A stretch of 64,000 nucleotides of DNA from Rebecca billardiae RCC1528 (lineage: Eukaryota; Protista; Haptophyta). Location: positions 1,240,001-1,304,000 of the forward strand of contig OZ251229.1 in assembly GCA_965240325.2 (NCBI GenBank), read 5' to 3'. Both the position numbers and the translations under genes were made by a program. Shown piece by piece: positions 13,715 to 24,870 of this stretch (within the stretch, counting starts at the first letter, position 1; each line of letters starts with the position of its first letter). A model generated the notes under the pieces. The model saw nothing but the letters and a program-made list of their open reading frames with translations. It was not told where the DNA came from and searched no databases.

Positions 13715-14870
13715 ATGGCTACGGTGACGGACTCAGCGGCGAGCGGGCTTCTACGGCGGTGGCGACGATCGGCGTGCCTGGCTAGCCGGATGTCGTCCGC
13801 CTCTCTCGGCGCGGCCGGCGCGGCGCAGTGCTCGGCGCCGACCTCCGACTCGGCGCGGCGCGCGGCCGCGGCCGTGCAGCGCGCCTCGACGTGCGCGGCC
13901 GCGCGGCCGAGGTCGCACGCCGCACGGCGGCCGTGACGGCCTCGTTCGAGAGCGGGCGTCGACCGCGTGGGCGGAGCTCGGTGCGCACGAGCTGAGCCTC
14001 CCGACCACGTCGCGCTGCGTGGCGCCGTGCTCGGCACCGGCACCGGACTCGGCGCGGCGCGCGCGGCCGGCGGCGCGCTGCCGGCCACGCGCTGCGCGCC
14101 TCAGCGGCGCGCCGTGCTGTGCGGCCGAGCGCGCGCGCCGCACGGCTACGGTGACGACGGGCTCGGCGGTGGGCGGGCATCGGCGGCGTTGGCGGAGCTC
14201 GGCGCGCACGAACGGAGGCGCATCGACCACGTCGCGCTGCGTGGCGCCTTGCTCGACACCGGCCTCGGACTCGGCGCGGCGCGCGCGGCCGGCGGCGCGC
14301 CGCGCGCCTCAGCGCCGCGCGCCGCGCCGTGCTGTGCGGCGGAGCGCGCGCGCCGCACGGCTACGGTGACGACGGGCTCGGCGGAGAGCGGGCGGCGGCG
14401 GCGTTGGCGGAGCTCGGTGCGCACGAACGGAGGCACATCGACCACGTCGCGCTGCGTGACGCCGCGCTCGACACCGGCCTCGGACTCGGCGCGGCGCGCG
14501 CGGCCGGCGGCGCGCCGCGCGCCTCAGCGCCGCGCGGCGCGCCGTGCTGTGCAGCCGAGCGCGCGCGCCGCACGGCTACGGTGACGACGGGCTCGGCGGA
14601 GAGCGCGTGTCGGCGGCGTTGGCGGAGCTCGGCGCGCACGAACGGAGGCGCATCGACCACGTCGCGCTGCGTGACGCCGCGCTCGGCACCGTCCTCGGAC
14701 TCGGCGCGGCGCGCGCGGCCGGCGGCGCGCCGCGCGCCTCAGCGCCGCGCGGCGCGCCGTGCTGTGCAGCCGAGCGCGCGCGCCGCACGGCTACGGTGAC
14801 GACGGGCTCGGCGGAGAGCGGGCTGCGGCGGCGTGGGCAGAGCTCGGCGCGCGTGAACTGAGGTGCATCG
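13715..14870. repeat. 215-bp tandem repeat array inside X2
   Basis: CTACGGTGACGACGGGCTCGGCGG recurs at 14146, 14361, 14576 and 14791; degenerate units lie upstream. Confidence 0.9.
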
Positions 14871-15221
14871 ATCCGCTCTCCCCGTGCCACCACGCTTCCC
14901 GAACGCAGGTGCGCGCGAGAGCACCACCCTGCCGTGCCGTGTGTGCGCGCCGTGTGCACCGCGTGTTTGTGTCCTGTGCTGCCGTGCAGGTGGGCGCAGG
15001 CAGGTGCTCTCCATCTACATGGCGCAGGGGCGCAAGTGGCAGTCGTGCAGCACGCCCTCTCTACCTGCAGACGCTGCAACCTACTCGGCGCGCAACGACG
15101 ATCCTGCCCATACGTACTCCAGACTTGAGCATGGTGCGAGCACGCTCGCGCAGCGCAGCGCACCAACCATCCGCCGCGTTTGCGCGGCAGCATGCGCACT
15201 GTCTTCTCTCTGACATGTGCC

Positions 15222-15591
15222 CTCCTTCCCTCTCCTCTCCCTCTCCCCTCCCTCTCCCTTCCCTCCCTTCCCTCCCTCTCCCCTCCCTCTCCCCTCCCTC
15301 TCCCCTCCCTCTCCCCTCCTCTCCCCTCCCTCTCCCCTCCCTCTCCCCTCCTCTCCCCTCCCTCTCCCCTCCCTCTCCCTCTCCCCTCCCTCTCCCCTCC
15401 CTCTCCCTCTCCCCTCCCTCTCCCCTCCCTCTCCCCTCCTCTCCCCTCCCTCTCCCCTCCCTCTCCCCTCCTCTCCCCTCTCCCCTCCTCTCCCCTCCCT
15501 CTCCCTCCCTCTCCCCTCCTCTCTCCTCCTTCTCCCCTCCTCCTCCTCCTTCTCCCCCCTCTCTCCCCCTTCTCTCCCCCTTCTCCCCCTC
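15222..15591. repeat. Polypyrimidine/polypurine tract of CTCCC/CTCTCCC units
   Basis: About 370 bp containing only C and T on the + strand. Confidence 0.95.
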
Positions 15592-16081
15592 TGACGCCAT
15601 CCTTATCCCCGCAAATTAGCCTAAACCCAAAATATTTGCCGTGGACGGCCGGGCGTGAGAGTTCACTTCTGTGTGAAGTAGGACGGTTACAAGTCCAATA
15701 CAAGCGTCAGCTTCTTTGAGGCTATTTTTGCACGTCCTTACGGGATCAGCGAAGTAACCAACCGATATATATTGGCTTCGTCGGGGTCGTATTCACTACT
15801 GGAGAACATTTGCACCGCGCTTCGTATTCATATGTATGGTTCACGCAGGCATAAAATCGCTTCGTCGGGGTCGTATCCACTCAGATACTGGAGAACATTA
15901 TCATTTGCACCGCTTCGTTTTCATACGTTGTAATGTATATGGTTCGTGGACTGCTACGGGGTCGAGCAGAATATCATCGATATTCATCAGGCGCACGTGT
16001 GCGTATTCATCATCAGCCTTCGGGAATTGGGAGTAGCTATTGGCCTTTTGCCCTCTGGCGAGCCAGTTGTGCGCACTTTGT

Positions 16082-16652
16082 CAGAGCGTTGCGCCAGCTG
16101 GACAAACGCGAGGACGCTAGCTTTCGTAGATCACGAAGCTACGGAGGGCCTCTGACGAGAGTCGCCTTCGGATCGGGGCCCTCTCCCGCTGTGCCGCATC
16201 GGCGCACGCTCGGTGGGCTACGTTTGCGCACGCCGTGCAGCTCGCGGTGCGTGCGCGTCGGCTAGCTGGCACACTGCTCCTGACGCACAAGTCGAATGAC
16301 CGCAGCTGGGATGCCCTTTCGCGCGGCAAGGACGCGTGCGAGGCCGGTCGCTGCGGCCGAGCGGCGTGACCGTGCCGCCTGCACGCTGGGCGCCCATGGA
16401 CGTGGCTTCGCCGCGCGCGCGGAGGCTGGCGAGCGTCGCGACCGAGTTCCACGACGCGTGCGACGCGCCATCTGCCCGCTTCCGTGCCTCCGACGCACGT
16501 TTTATGCGGGCAACGGCCATCGCCCGCCCATGCGGCGGCGAAGCCGCCATCCGCCGCGCTTTGCCGTTGGACAGAGCGCAGAACATTTCGTTTTGAAAAG
16601 CGCAGATCTGAAAAGACCGGAGGGCGTTTGTCCAGCTGGCGCAACGCCCCTG
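16082..16652. mobile_element. Possible MITE bounded by 24-28 bp inverted repeats
   Basis: GCGTTGCGCCAGCTGGACAAACGC at 16086-16109 is inverted at 16624-16647; a third copy CAGGGGCGTTGCGCCAGCTGGACAAA is at 38761-38786; no TSD seen. Confidence 0.45.
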
Positions 16653-16709
16653 TGAGCAGGCCTTGAGCAGGCTCGAGCGAGGCCACTGCTTTTTTGCGCT
16701 CACGTGGAC

Positions 16710-17620
16710 ATGATGCCGAGCACGTCAGCTGGCGACGCCGACGAGGACCGCGCTCGCCGCGTATTGAACGTGCTGCTCGAATCCGGGGCAGTGAAGAAGG
16801 TGGCTAAGAGCACGCTCCAGAGCATCGCTGCTGCCATCTCAGTCGTGAGGCACAAGCAGGCAAGGACGTGCCCTCTGCGGCGGTGAAGTACAACGTGCCC
16901 AAATGGTCGATCTACAACTTCGTTCGCAAGGTCCGCACCGTGCTGGAGGACGAAGGCGCAATCGGCAGGGGGAGCGCGACGCGACTGATCACCGACTTCA
17001 CCACGCGCCCCGCAGGCCAGCTCCCTCCCTCCTCCTCACCCGGCCCAACAGCTGGCAGCCGCTTTGCGGCCCTCGCCGCGCTCGACGGGGAAATGCCCGC
17101 TGCAGAGAAAGCACAGCCGCAGCGGGGGCGCCCGGCCGGCTCGCTCAGCCTGCTGGGCACGCTCAACCTAGGCGTCACGTGCTACCTCGGCTCGCTGCTG
17201 GCGGCGCTGCTCGCGTGCCCTTCCATCGTCTCGCTCGCCACATCTGCCGCGGCTGAGCAGTCCACCAACCCCATCGTGTCCCGAGCATGCGCTCGCTGGC
17301 GCTCGCGCATGTCAACTGCGAGTGGCCCAGCGAGGTGGGGCCGACGCGTAGCTTGCTCGAGCCGCTCCACGACGCGATCGCGGAGGTCTGTCGGTGGACA
17401 ACGGCGTTTGGGCAGCAGCAGCAGGACGCGTGCGAGGTGCTGTACAAAATCATGGAGGCCCTGGCCCTGGGCCTGGCTGGCTGCGACGAGGCGTGCTCAT
17501 ACCTAAGATACCTTGGCTTGCTCGAGTGCCTCGGTCAGCTGGCGAGCGAGCAGCCCTCGCAGCAGCAGCGCGTGCCGACGCCGACGATCTCGCAGCAGCA
17601 GCGCGTGCCGACGATCTCAG
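16710..17620 (+). pseudogene. Frameshifted ORF: psq-type HTH followed by the N-terminal half of a USP (peptidase C19) domain
   Basis: SAAVKYNVPKWSIYNFVRK (HTH-psq-like); GTLNLGVTCYLGSLLAALLACP (USP Cys box); QQQQDACEVLYKIMEAL (QQD box). Frameshifts near 16867 and 17287; no His box. Confidence 0.6.
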
Positions 17621-18192
17621 TCGGCCATGACTTCGACTGTACACAATCGGCGCCTCGCCGGCGGCTGCGATGGGCCCGCCCGGCCGCGCGGCGGGCGGCG
17701 GCGCGCCGCTGGAGTCTACTCGCTGCCGGGCTCGCGGCCGGGCGGGCCCACTCTCGATCGCGACGGAGGGTGCGACGGAGGGTGCACCGCCACCGCGGGC
17801 CCCGAACTACGTTCGTTCTACGGAAAAGGACCGCGGAACGCGGTCATCTCTTTTTGCAGGCATAGATACTAATAGGACAATTCGTCCCTCGCTGAATAGC
17901 ACAAATGGCCTTGGCCTTCTTGGCCCAATGCGGGTGGGATTCGACATCTCTATCTGCGAGGATTAAGAGCTCTCTGATCGGATGAAAGAAGTGTGGTGAG
18001 TGTGTCCTAGACAGCCTGAGCGGTAAAGGTCAATAATTGCAGTTCTGATTCAAGATTCCGCTCAGCCCTTATTGCAAACTGATTCAAAGCCAATGCGGGT
18101 GTGATCGACGCGTTGTGATGCTCTATCTGGACTCGATGATCGGCGAACAGTCACGATCCAACTGCCGCCGGCAAGTCGGCGCGAGTAAACGT

Positions 18193-18651
18193 CAGGGCTC
18201 CAAGACGGTACACCGGACACCGGTAAATACCGTACCGGTGCGTACCGGTGCGTACCGGTACGCACCGCCACAAACTGCCGCGCACCGGTGAGAGTCCGGG
18301 AGGGGTCGTGTGCGCCCGGACCACAGCACCCGCGAGTACGGACTACTCGCGGAGCTGTCACTTGTCAGTGTCCGAGGTCGGAGTACTGAGACTGAGTAGT
18401 CACTGCTGGCACTCTCAGGCCGTGCCCCGACTCAGGGAAGGCGAATACAGCCGGCCGATTTCGTCCTGAATAATTGGGCTATTTATATCAGTAAATAGGC
18501 CCAAAAATTTTCTTCGCCTCGGGCCGGCGGGGCCCCGGGGGGGACACCCCCCCGGACCCCCCCGCGGTGCGCGCACCGGTGTACCGGTACACCGGCGCCT
18601 GCGGCGCCGGTGCACCGGTACGCGTACCGAGCACCGGATCTTTGAGCCCTG
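18193..18651. mobile_element. hAT-type MITE (459 bp) with 8-bp TSD, nested in Y-c
   Basis: TIR CAGGGCTCCAAGA / TCTTTGAGCCCTG; TSD GTAAACGT at 18185-18192 and 18652-18659; subterminal (T/C)ACCGGT repeats at both ends. Confidence 0.9.
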
Positions 18652-20130
18652 GTAAACGTAGTTAGTGTGTGGCTGGTGCGATCGCGTGGGGCGCGCGGCG
18701 GCGTGTGTAGCGGCCAGGCGGAGGCGTCGGGGGCGGCGGCTGAAGGGAGCGAGGGCGGTGGTGGCGGCACGGACGAGGGAGGCGCGCCGAACGGCATGTC
18801 CGTCCTCACCCTCGCCAGCGGCGGCCGCCCGCGCGTCACCGCCGCCGGCTCTCAGCCGATGCCGCCGCCCGCGAGTGCCGCCAACGGCGCGCGGCGGGCG
18901 CGTCACGGCAGGCGGCGGGGGCGGCGACTGCAGGGAGCGAGGGCGATGGTGGCGGCGCAGTCGAGGGAGGTGCGCCATCCGGACAGCGCGGCGGCGCGGC
19001 GCGCGGCCGAGCGCGGGAGCCTGGGCGGCGGCGGGCCGGCACGGCGGGGCATGTGCTGCCCGAGAGGCTGGCGCCGACTCGCCCAGCGCCGCCGCGCACA
19101 CCGCCGCCGACCTCGCGCGCACGACCTCCGTCAACTCCTTCGTCAGCGGCGGAGAGCGCGTCGCCTCGCCGCCCACGCTGCCGCCCAGCCGGTTCGTCAT
19201 CCGAGCGCTCGCCGGGCGCCCGCGGCGTGCGCCGGGCCGCGGTCGCCGCCTACTAAGTGGTGGGACCGCCGCTGGAGGGCGGGGCGGGCGGAGGAGATGG
19301 CGGTGGCGAAGGAGGACGCGGTGGTAGACGTGGACGTCACGCAGTCCGGGCTGCACTGGCTCATCCACCTCCTCTCTGCACTCGACCCGCCGCCGTCACC
19401 GACGGCGCAGCAGCTGGCGGCGGCGCGACGGATGGTGGCGGGCGCGGCCGCGGCCGAGGCGGGCGCGCGCCGCGCGCGCCGCTGCGGCGGCGTGGAGCGG
19501 CGGGAGCTGAGCGGCGCGCTGCTGCACACGCAGTCACGCTGCGCACGTGCTGCAGACGCTGTACGAGCGCGCCACCGCCGACGCCGTCGCGCCGCCGCTG
19601 CCCCCGCCGGCACCGGCACCGTCCGACCGTCCGACCGTGTCGTCACAAGCCGCGGCTGCTACTCACATTCACAAGCTCACTAGCTGCGTGATGGTGACTA
19701 GCCACTAGGGCCGTGCGCCCTCAACTTCGTTGTTCACTACCCGAAGATCGGCGTAGCCGATCATATTATAGTACTGACTTAAATATATAACTAAATAAAC
19801 CGCGCGAGTACTACTAACGTAGTCGCATGAACAGGTGCTGACTGCTGGTCGCTCGGATCGGCGTCCCGCAAGGCCGAGGTCCCGCGGATCTGTGATCGGA
19901 CGCCTACAGGCTTCGCGACACTGAGTCGTGCCAGTCGTAAGTAGCTCGCTCCGATTATGAGCCGGAGACTATAATTATGACTCTGCCACTGCAGTCAGTC
20001 AGAGCATTAATACGGATGAGAGTAACTACCGTAGCTCAGTGTCACCGCCTCCTCACTTCCGCAGACGGCTGATTGAGTGAGACCGGACGGATCCGGACGA
20101 CTACAGCCGCATCGATCAGCATCGGCGGAA

Positions 20131-21567
20131 TTAATCATCGTCGGAGGATGACATCAGATCGGATGCCATCACCGTCCAATGGTCAGACGACTCCTCGTCG
20201 TCGGTGTCTGTGCCATCACCCACACCGTCTGGCGGCATTCGGCAATCCGCCCCGTTGCCTCTCTCGAGTCTCCCGACCAGCGGCGGCGGCAGGGGCAGCT
20301 GCGTGGCGGCATCCGAGACCGTGGCAACGCTGCTGGTGTGCTTGTGCTGTCGCTTCGCTGCACGCGTGCCCTGGTCGCCCGTGCCATGCTCCAGCCTGCG
20401 CTTGGGGAGGGCGAGCCGAGTGTTAACCATGCCGGCCAGCTTGTGCGCAGCGCACCGGCTGGCGCGCGCGTCGCCCGGCATGCCGAACAAAGGCTGCTTG
20501 GTGCAGTCCACGTGATCACACTTGCGGTGCTTCAGGCCGACCATGCCGGCCAGCTTGTGCGTAGCGCACCGGCTGGGGCGCGCGTCGCCCGGCATGCCGA
20601 GCGAAGGATGTGTGGTGCAGCCCGCGTGACCACACTTGCGGTTCTTTTTTAGGCCGACCATGCCGGCCAGCTTGTGCGCAGCGCACCGGCTGGCGCGCGC
20701 GTCGCCCGGCATGCCGAACAAAGACTGCTTGGTGCAGTCCACGTGATCACACTTGCGGTGCTTCAGGCCGACCATGCCGGCCAGCTTGTGCGTAGCGCAC
20801 CGGCTGGCGCGCGCGTCGCCCGGCATGCCGAAGGAAGGCTGCTTGGTGCAGCCCGCGTGATCACACTTGCGGCTACTCACGTCGACCATGCCGGCCAGCT
20901 TGTGCGCAGCGCACCGGCTGGCGCGCGCGTCGCCCGGAATGCCGAAGTTCGGATACTTGGTGCAGCCCGCGTGATCACACTTGGTGCGCCTCACCACGTT
21001 GACCATGCCGGACAGCTTGTGCGTAGCGCACCGGCTGGCGCGCGCGTCGCCCGGCATGCGGAACGACGGCATCTTGGTGCAGTTGGTGTGATCACACCTG
21101 TGGGTCACCACATTCACCATGCCGGCCAGCTTGTGCGCAGCGCACCGGCTGGCGCGCGCGTCGCCCGGCATGCCGAGCGAAGGCTGCTTGGTGCAGCCCA
21201 CGTGATCGCACTTGCGGCTCTTCAGGTCGACCATGCCGACCAGCTTGTGCGCAGCGCACCGGCTGGCGCGTGCGTCGCCCGGCATGCGGAACGACGGCAT
21301 CTTGGTGCAGCTGGTGTGATCACACTTGCGGCTCCTCACGTCGACCATGCCGGCCAGCTTGTGCGTAGCGCACCGGCTGGCGCGCGCGTCGCCCGGCATG
21401 CCGAAGGAAGGCCGCGTGGTGCAGCTGGTGTGATCACACTTGGGGCTCCTCACGTCGACCATGCCGGCCAGCTTGTGCGCAGCGCACCGGCTGGCGCGCG
21501 CGTCGCCCGGCAGCGTAACCCTGGCGGGCGCGCGTGGAGACGAGCTGTAGAGGGCTTGCCACTGCAC
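20131..21567 (-). CDS. EsV-1-7 cysteine-rich repeat protein, copy 2 (half repeat + 9 full repeats, basic segment, acidic tail)
   Basis: Same 38-39 aa unit as copy 1. Start uncertain (first ATG at 21462). C-terminus PKRR...AAKRQH...DGVGDGTDTDDEESSDHW...SSSDDD. Confidence 0.85.
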   Translation of the reverse strand: MQWQALYSSSPRAPARVTLPGDARASRCAAHKLAGMVDVRSPKCDHTSCTTRPSFGMPGDARASRCATHKLAGMVDVRSRKCDHTSCTKMPSFRMPGDARASRCAAHKLVGMVDLKSRKCDHVGCTKQPSLGMPGDARASRCAAHKLAGMVNVVTHRCDHTNCTKMPSFRMPGDARASRCATHKLSGMVNVVRRTKCDHAGCTKYPNFGIPGDARASRCAAHKLAGMVDVSSRKCDHAGCTKQPSFGMPGDARASRCATHKLAGMVGLKHRKCDHVDCTKQSLFGMPGDARASRCAAHKLAGMVGLKKNRKCGHAGCTTHPSLGMPGDARPSRCATHKLAGMVGLKHRKCDHVDCTKQPLFGMPGDARASRCAAHKLAGMVNTRLALPKRRLEHGTGDQGTRAAKRQHKHTSSVATVSDAATQLPLPPPLVGRLERGNGADCRMPPDGVGDGTDTDDEESSDHWTVMASDLMSSSDDD

Positions 21568-21746
21568 ACGTGCACGCGTCCGCCCGACCGCGATCCAGAT
21601 TCGGGGTCATCAGCCGCCAGGCCAGGGGTTGCTCAAGCTACTCAGCTTCGTCGGAGCGGATACGCAGCCTGCCGCGGTGTTGCCGCACAATGGCGGGCGT
21701 AATGCACCGGCGGCGGTCGCGCTGAGCGCCGCGCATTCGTTTCGTA

Positions 21747-22396
21747 CAGCTCCTTCATCCTCGTGCCGGAGCACCAGCTCCTCTTCTGCAAGATCGACCA
21801 GGCCGCGAGCCAGAACTTCGTGCAGCTCTTCCGCGCGGTCCGCACGCCGCACGACCCGGCGCTGCGCAAGCAGTGTTCTCGCTGCGCTACTTCGGGCTGG
21901 GCGTGGAGGACGCCGCGGCGCGGCTGGCCGATCCGACGTGGCACGCCGCCGTCTCCTACAGAGAGCCGCTCGAGCGCTTCGCCTCGGCGTACGCGTCCAA
22001 GTGCACCGCGGGCCGTGACTGGTGGACGGCGCGCGCCATTGCTCGGAGGCAGCATTCGGCGTTGCGCGCCCCAGCTTCGACGAGGCGGCGGCAGCGCTCG
22101 GGCGAGGGCGCGTGCGCAACCGGTACTGGCTGCGGCAGTCTGAGCACTGCGGCGGGCTCAACGCCACCCTCGGCGCGTACAAGACGATCGAGCGCCTCGA
22201 GCCGACGCGCGCGCGCGCGGCCGTCGAGCGCATGCTGCGCGCGGTCGGGGTGGACGTGCGCGCGCTGGGCCGCTGGCGCCCGAGCTGGACAAGCTGCTCC
22301 CCGACGAGCACGCGCGCGCGGCGGTGCTGCGGAGCGTCGAGCCGGGCGACGGCGCGCCGCGCAAGCGGCCGGCGCCTCAGCCCGCGGACGGGTGGC
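21747..22396 (+). pseudogene. Degenerate sulfotransferase fragment, copy 2
   Basis: Paralog of 10510-11179 (LLFCKIDQAASQNF; YREPLERFASAYASKC) with frameshifts. Confidence 0.65.
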
Positions 22397-23966
22397 GGCG
22401 TGTTTGGGCGAAGCGGCGTGCGCCCGCCGCGCCGAGCGGCGCGTCGCGCTCGAGGCCGAGCGCGCGCGCGCGCCAAGGAGATGGCGCTGCAGGCCTTCTC
22501 GGCCATCTCGTACCACGGCTCGGCGTTCGGCACGCTGCGCGCGCTGTTCGACGACGGCTTGCGGCTGGACGGCCGGCCGCTCGCTGTCGGCGCCTCGCCG
22601 CCGCCGCGCCGCCCCGCCGCGCGCGGCACGCCCGAGTCGGCGCACGCGCTGCCGCCCGCGCGCACGCCCAAGCGCGCCGCCGCGCCGCTGCCGACGCTCG
22701 GCCGCGTCGGGCTGCTCCCCGCGCCGGGCGGCGAGGGCTCGGAGGCGGAGGAGGGCCGCAGCGGCTCGAGCGAGGGCACCGCCGAGCGCGTCTCGCGCTC
22801 GCGCGAGGCGTTCCTCCGCTCGTGGGCCGCGGCGGGGAGCACGCGCTCGATCGCGCAGGCCAAGATGCACCGCGCGTGCATCACCACCGCCACCCATGCA
22901 AGCGGCTGCCACCGGCTGCCTGGGCGCGGGCTCCGGCCGTGGCGCGGCGCGAGCGTCCGGTCGGACGGGGCGTGGGATGGGGGCGCGGGGGCGGGGGCAC
23001 GTGGGGCTGGTGCGCGGTGCGGCGCCACCCGCTACGCTCGTCGGCCACGCGCGGCTCCCGGCGCGCGGCCGCCCCGCCCGACACCGATGCCGCGCAGACC
23101 GCCCGAGCGGCGCGTGCCGCGCACGCCCGCGGGCGCGGGCGCGGGCTGAAGACGACAGAGTACGGACACCGAGCTCTTCTCTGCCTGGTCGGCCTCGAGC
23201 GGCTTCGACGCCGCCCGCGGCGCCTCGCTCGCCGCACGATGCGCTGGCGCCGCAACATCCCCAGGCCGCGCGGGCCACGGCGCGCGCTGCGCGGCACGTC
23301 GCCGTCGGAGGCGCGCGCTACAGAGCCTCTGCCCCCTGCCGCCAGGCCCGGAAGAGCGTGCGGCCCTGATGAGCGCCCGAAAAAGTCAGCCGACGGCGCG
23401 CTCTTCGCAGCTTGGGCGACGTTCGGCCGACCACCCGCGCCAGTGCGCACGCCTCCCGCGCGAGCCGAGCGGCGCGGGTGGCGCGGCTGACAGCTCGTCG
23501 CCGGCGCGCTGGCAGCTCTGGCTGGCGCGGGCGAGCGCGCTGTCAGCAGCGCACGCGCGCACCACGGCCGGCGAGCGCGCTGGGCGCGGGAGACGGATCC
23601 GTCCTGATCCGAAGACTGCACCTCACCCGCTGGCTGCTGCGAGCACTGCCGTCCTCCCGTGCAACGGAGAGTCCTATCACCTGCGCACGAGTGATCAAAA
23701 AGGACGCCGTGCTGGGCCTCGGCTCCGCCGAGGACCGCCATCGCGGGTCTGAGTCCGGAAAATCGGGATGAATAGGGCACCCTCCGATAATGCCGCAACT
23801 TTACCCGCCGTATGTTCGTGCGAAGTGATCATCTTTTATTTTTGTATTTGTGCGGCCTGATCACATAATGGCGCGGGAGCGGTTCGGCGCGCGGGTGGTT
23901 GGGCGCGCGCGCAGTTGTGCAAGTTGCCGCAACCGCCCGGCCCCTTGTCGCAGTTGCCCGCCCACC

Positions 23967-24471
23967 ATGAAGCTCTTCCTCGCCACCCTCCTCGCGCTCG
24001 TCGTCGGCACGCAGGCCTTCGGCACGTTCACGCCCGAGAAGAAGGACTGCGCGTGCTCGGGCAATGGTGGCAAGCCGGTGGCCCCCGGCACCACGCTGCA
24101 CGGCGGCATGGTGCACCCGGCGTACGGCAACTGGTGCTTCGCGTGGGACATGGCCGAGAAGTGCGTGGCGGGCGCGCGCGCGCGCGCGCGCGCGTCGCGA
24201 GCGGATCGGGCCGCGCCGCGCCGCACCGCGCGCGCCGCGCCGCGCCTGCACCTAACCGGCCTCGCCGCCCGCCCGCGCGCGGCGATCGCGCGCGCGCAGG
24301 GACTGCATGATGGGCGGCTCGTCGTACGGCGCGGACTGGTGCGACGACGCGTGGTGCTACGTGCCGGAGGGCTGCTACGAGGACGCGGCTGAGTCGCAGG
24401 TGTTCGGCGACGTGCTCCTCTACTCGTACTCGGCGTGCGGCTCGACGGACTCGTTCACCGACACCGTCTAA
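23967..24471 (+). CDS. Small secreted Cys/Trp-rich protein (2 exons; intron 24161-24299)
   Basis: Signal peptide MKLFLATLLALVVGTQA; GT-AG splicing gives YGNWCFAWDMAEKDCMMGGSSYGADWCDDAWCYVPEGC...LLYSYSACGSTDSF. Confidence 0.8.
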
Positions 24472-24870
24472 GCGTCCGGTTTGAGTCCGTGTCAGTCCGA
24501 GAGTGCTGAGTACGCCCGCGGACTGTCTGCCGTGTCGCATGACCCGGGCGCAGGCTTCGTCTGGAACCGAGCCCTCTGTGACCCGGCCGGCGGGTGCGCG
24601 CGCGTGCTGCCTCGCGGCCGTGCGGCGCGGGCGGGCTGGCGCGTCGCCCGCGGCGCACGTGTGCACCACCGAGGCTCTCGGAGCCACCTGTCGCTAGTAA
24701 GTTATACCACTCGGAACTAGTCTTATAGCCCAGCCGCCGCCGATATGTGATGGCCTGGTTGGGGTCTATTTCCGTCATCATCACCGTCCGCCCGCGAACC
24801 GTCGTAAAAATCGCGCGCTGATGAATTGTGTGAAACGGACCGCACGAGCGGGGGGACCGAAACACAACAC

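Larger units (their letters stand above)
12479..17846 (+). mobile_element. Family-X element (copy X2, 5.4 kb) nested in Y-c
   Basis: 5' TGGCCCGCGGTG; 3' CACCGCGGGCC (17791-17801), spacer, hairpin 17829-17845, then A. Flanks are TTAA|TCTC, and Y-like sequence appears to continue across the site. Confidence 0.8.
12239..19763 (+). mobile_element. Family-Y Helitron2/Helentron-like element (copy Y-c, 7.5 kb with nested insertions)
   Basis: 5' TGGCGCACGGCCC; 3' GGGCCGTGCGCC (19708-19719), spacer, hairpin 19746-19762, then A. The paralogous empty site at ~8126-8140 reads GAAGAGTTA|TATT, so insertion is between A and T with no TSD. Confidence 0.85.

Noticed and set aside
14576-15719. Gly/Glu/Arg-rich and Pro/Ser/Leu-rich ORFs
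   Set aside because: Products of the C/T tract and the 215-bp repeats; the unit length is not a multiple of 3.
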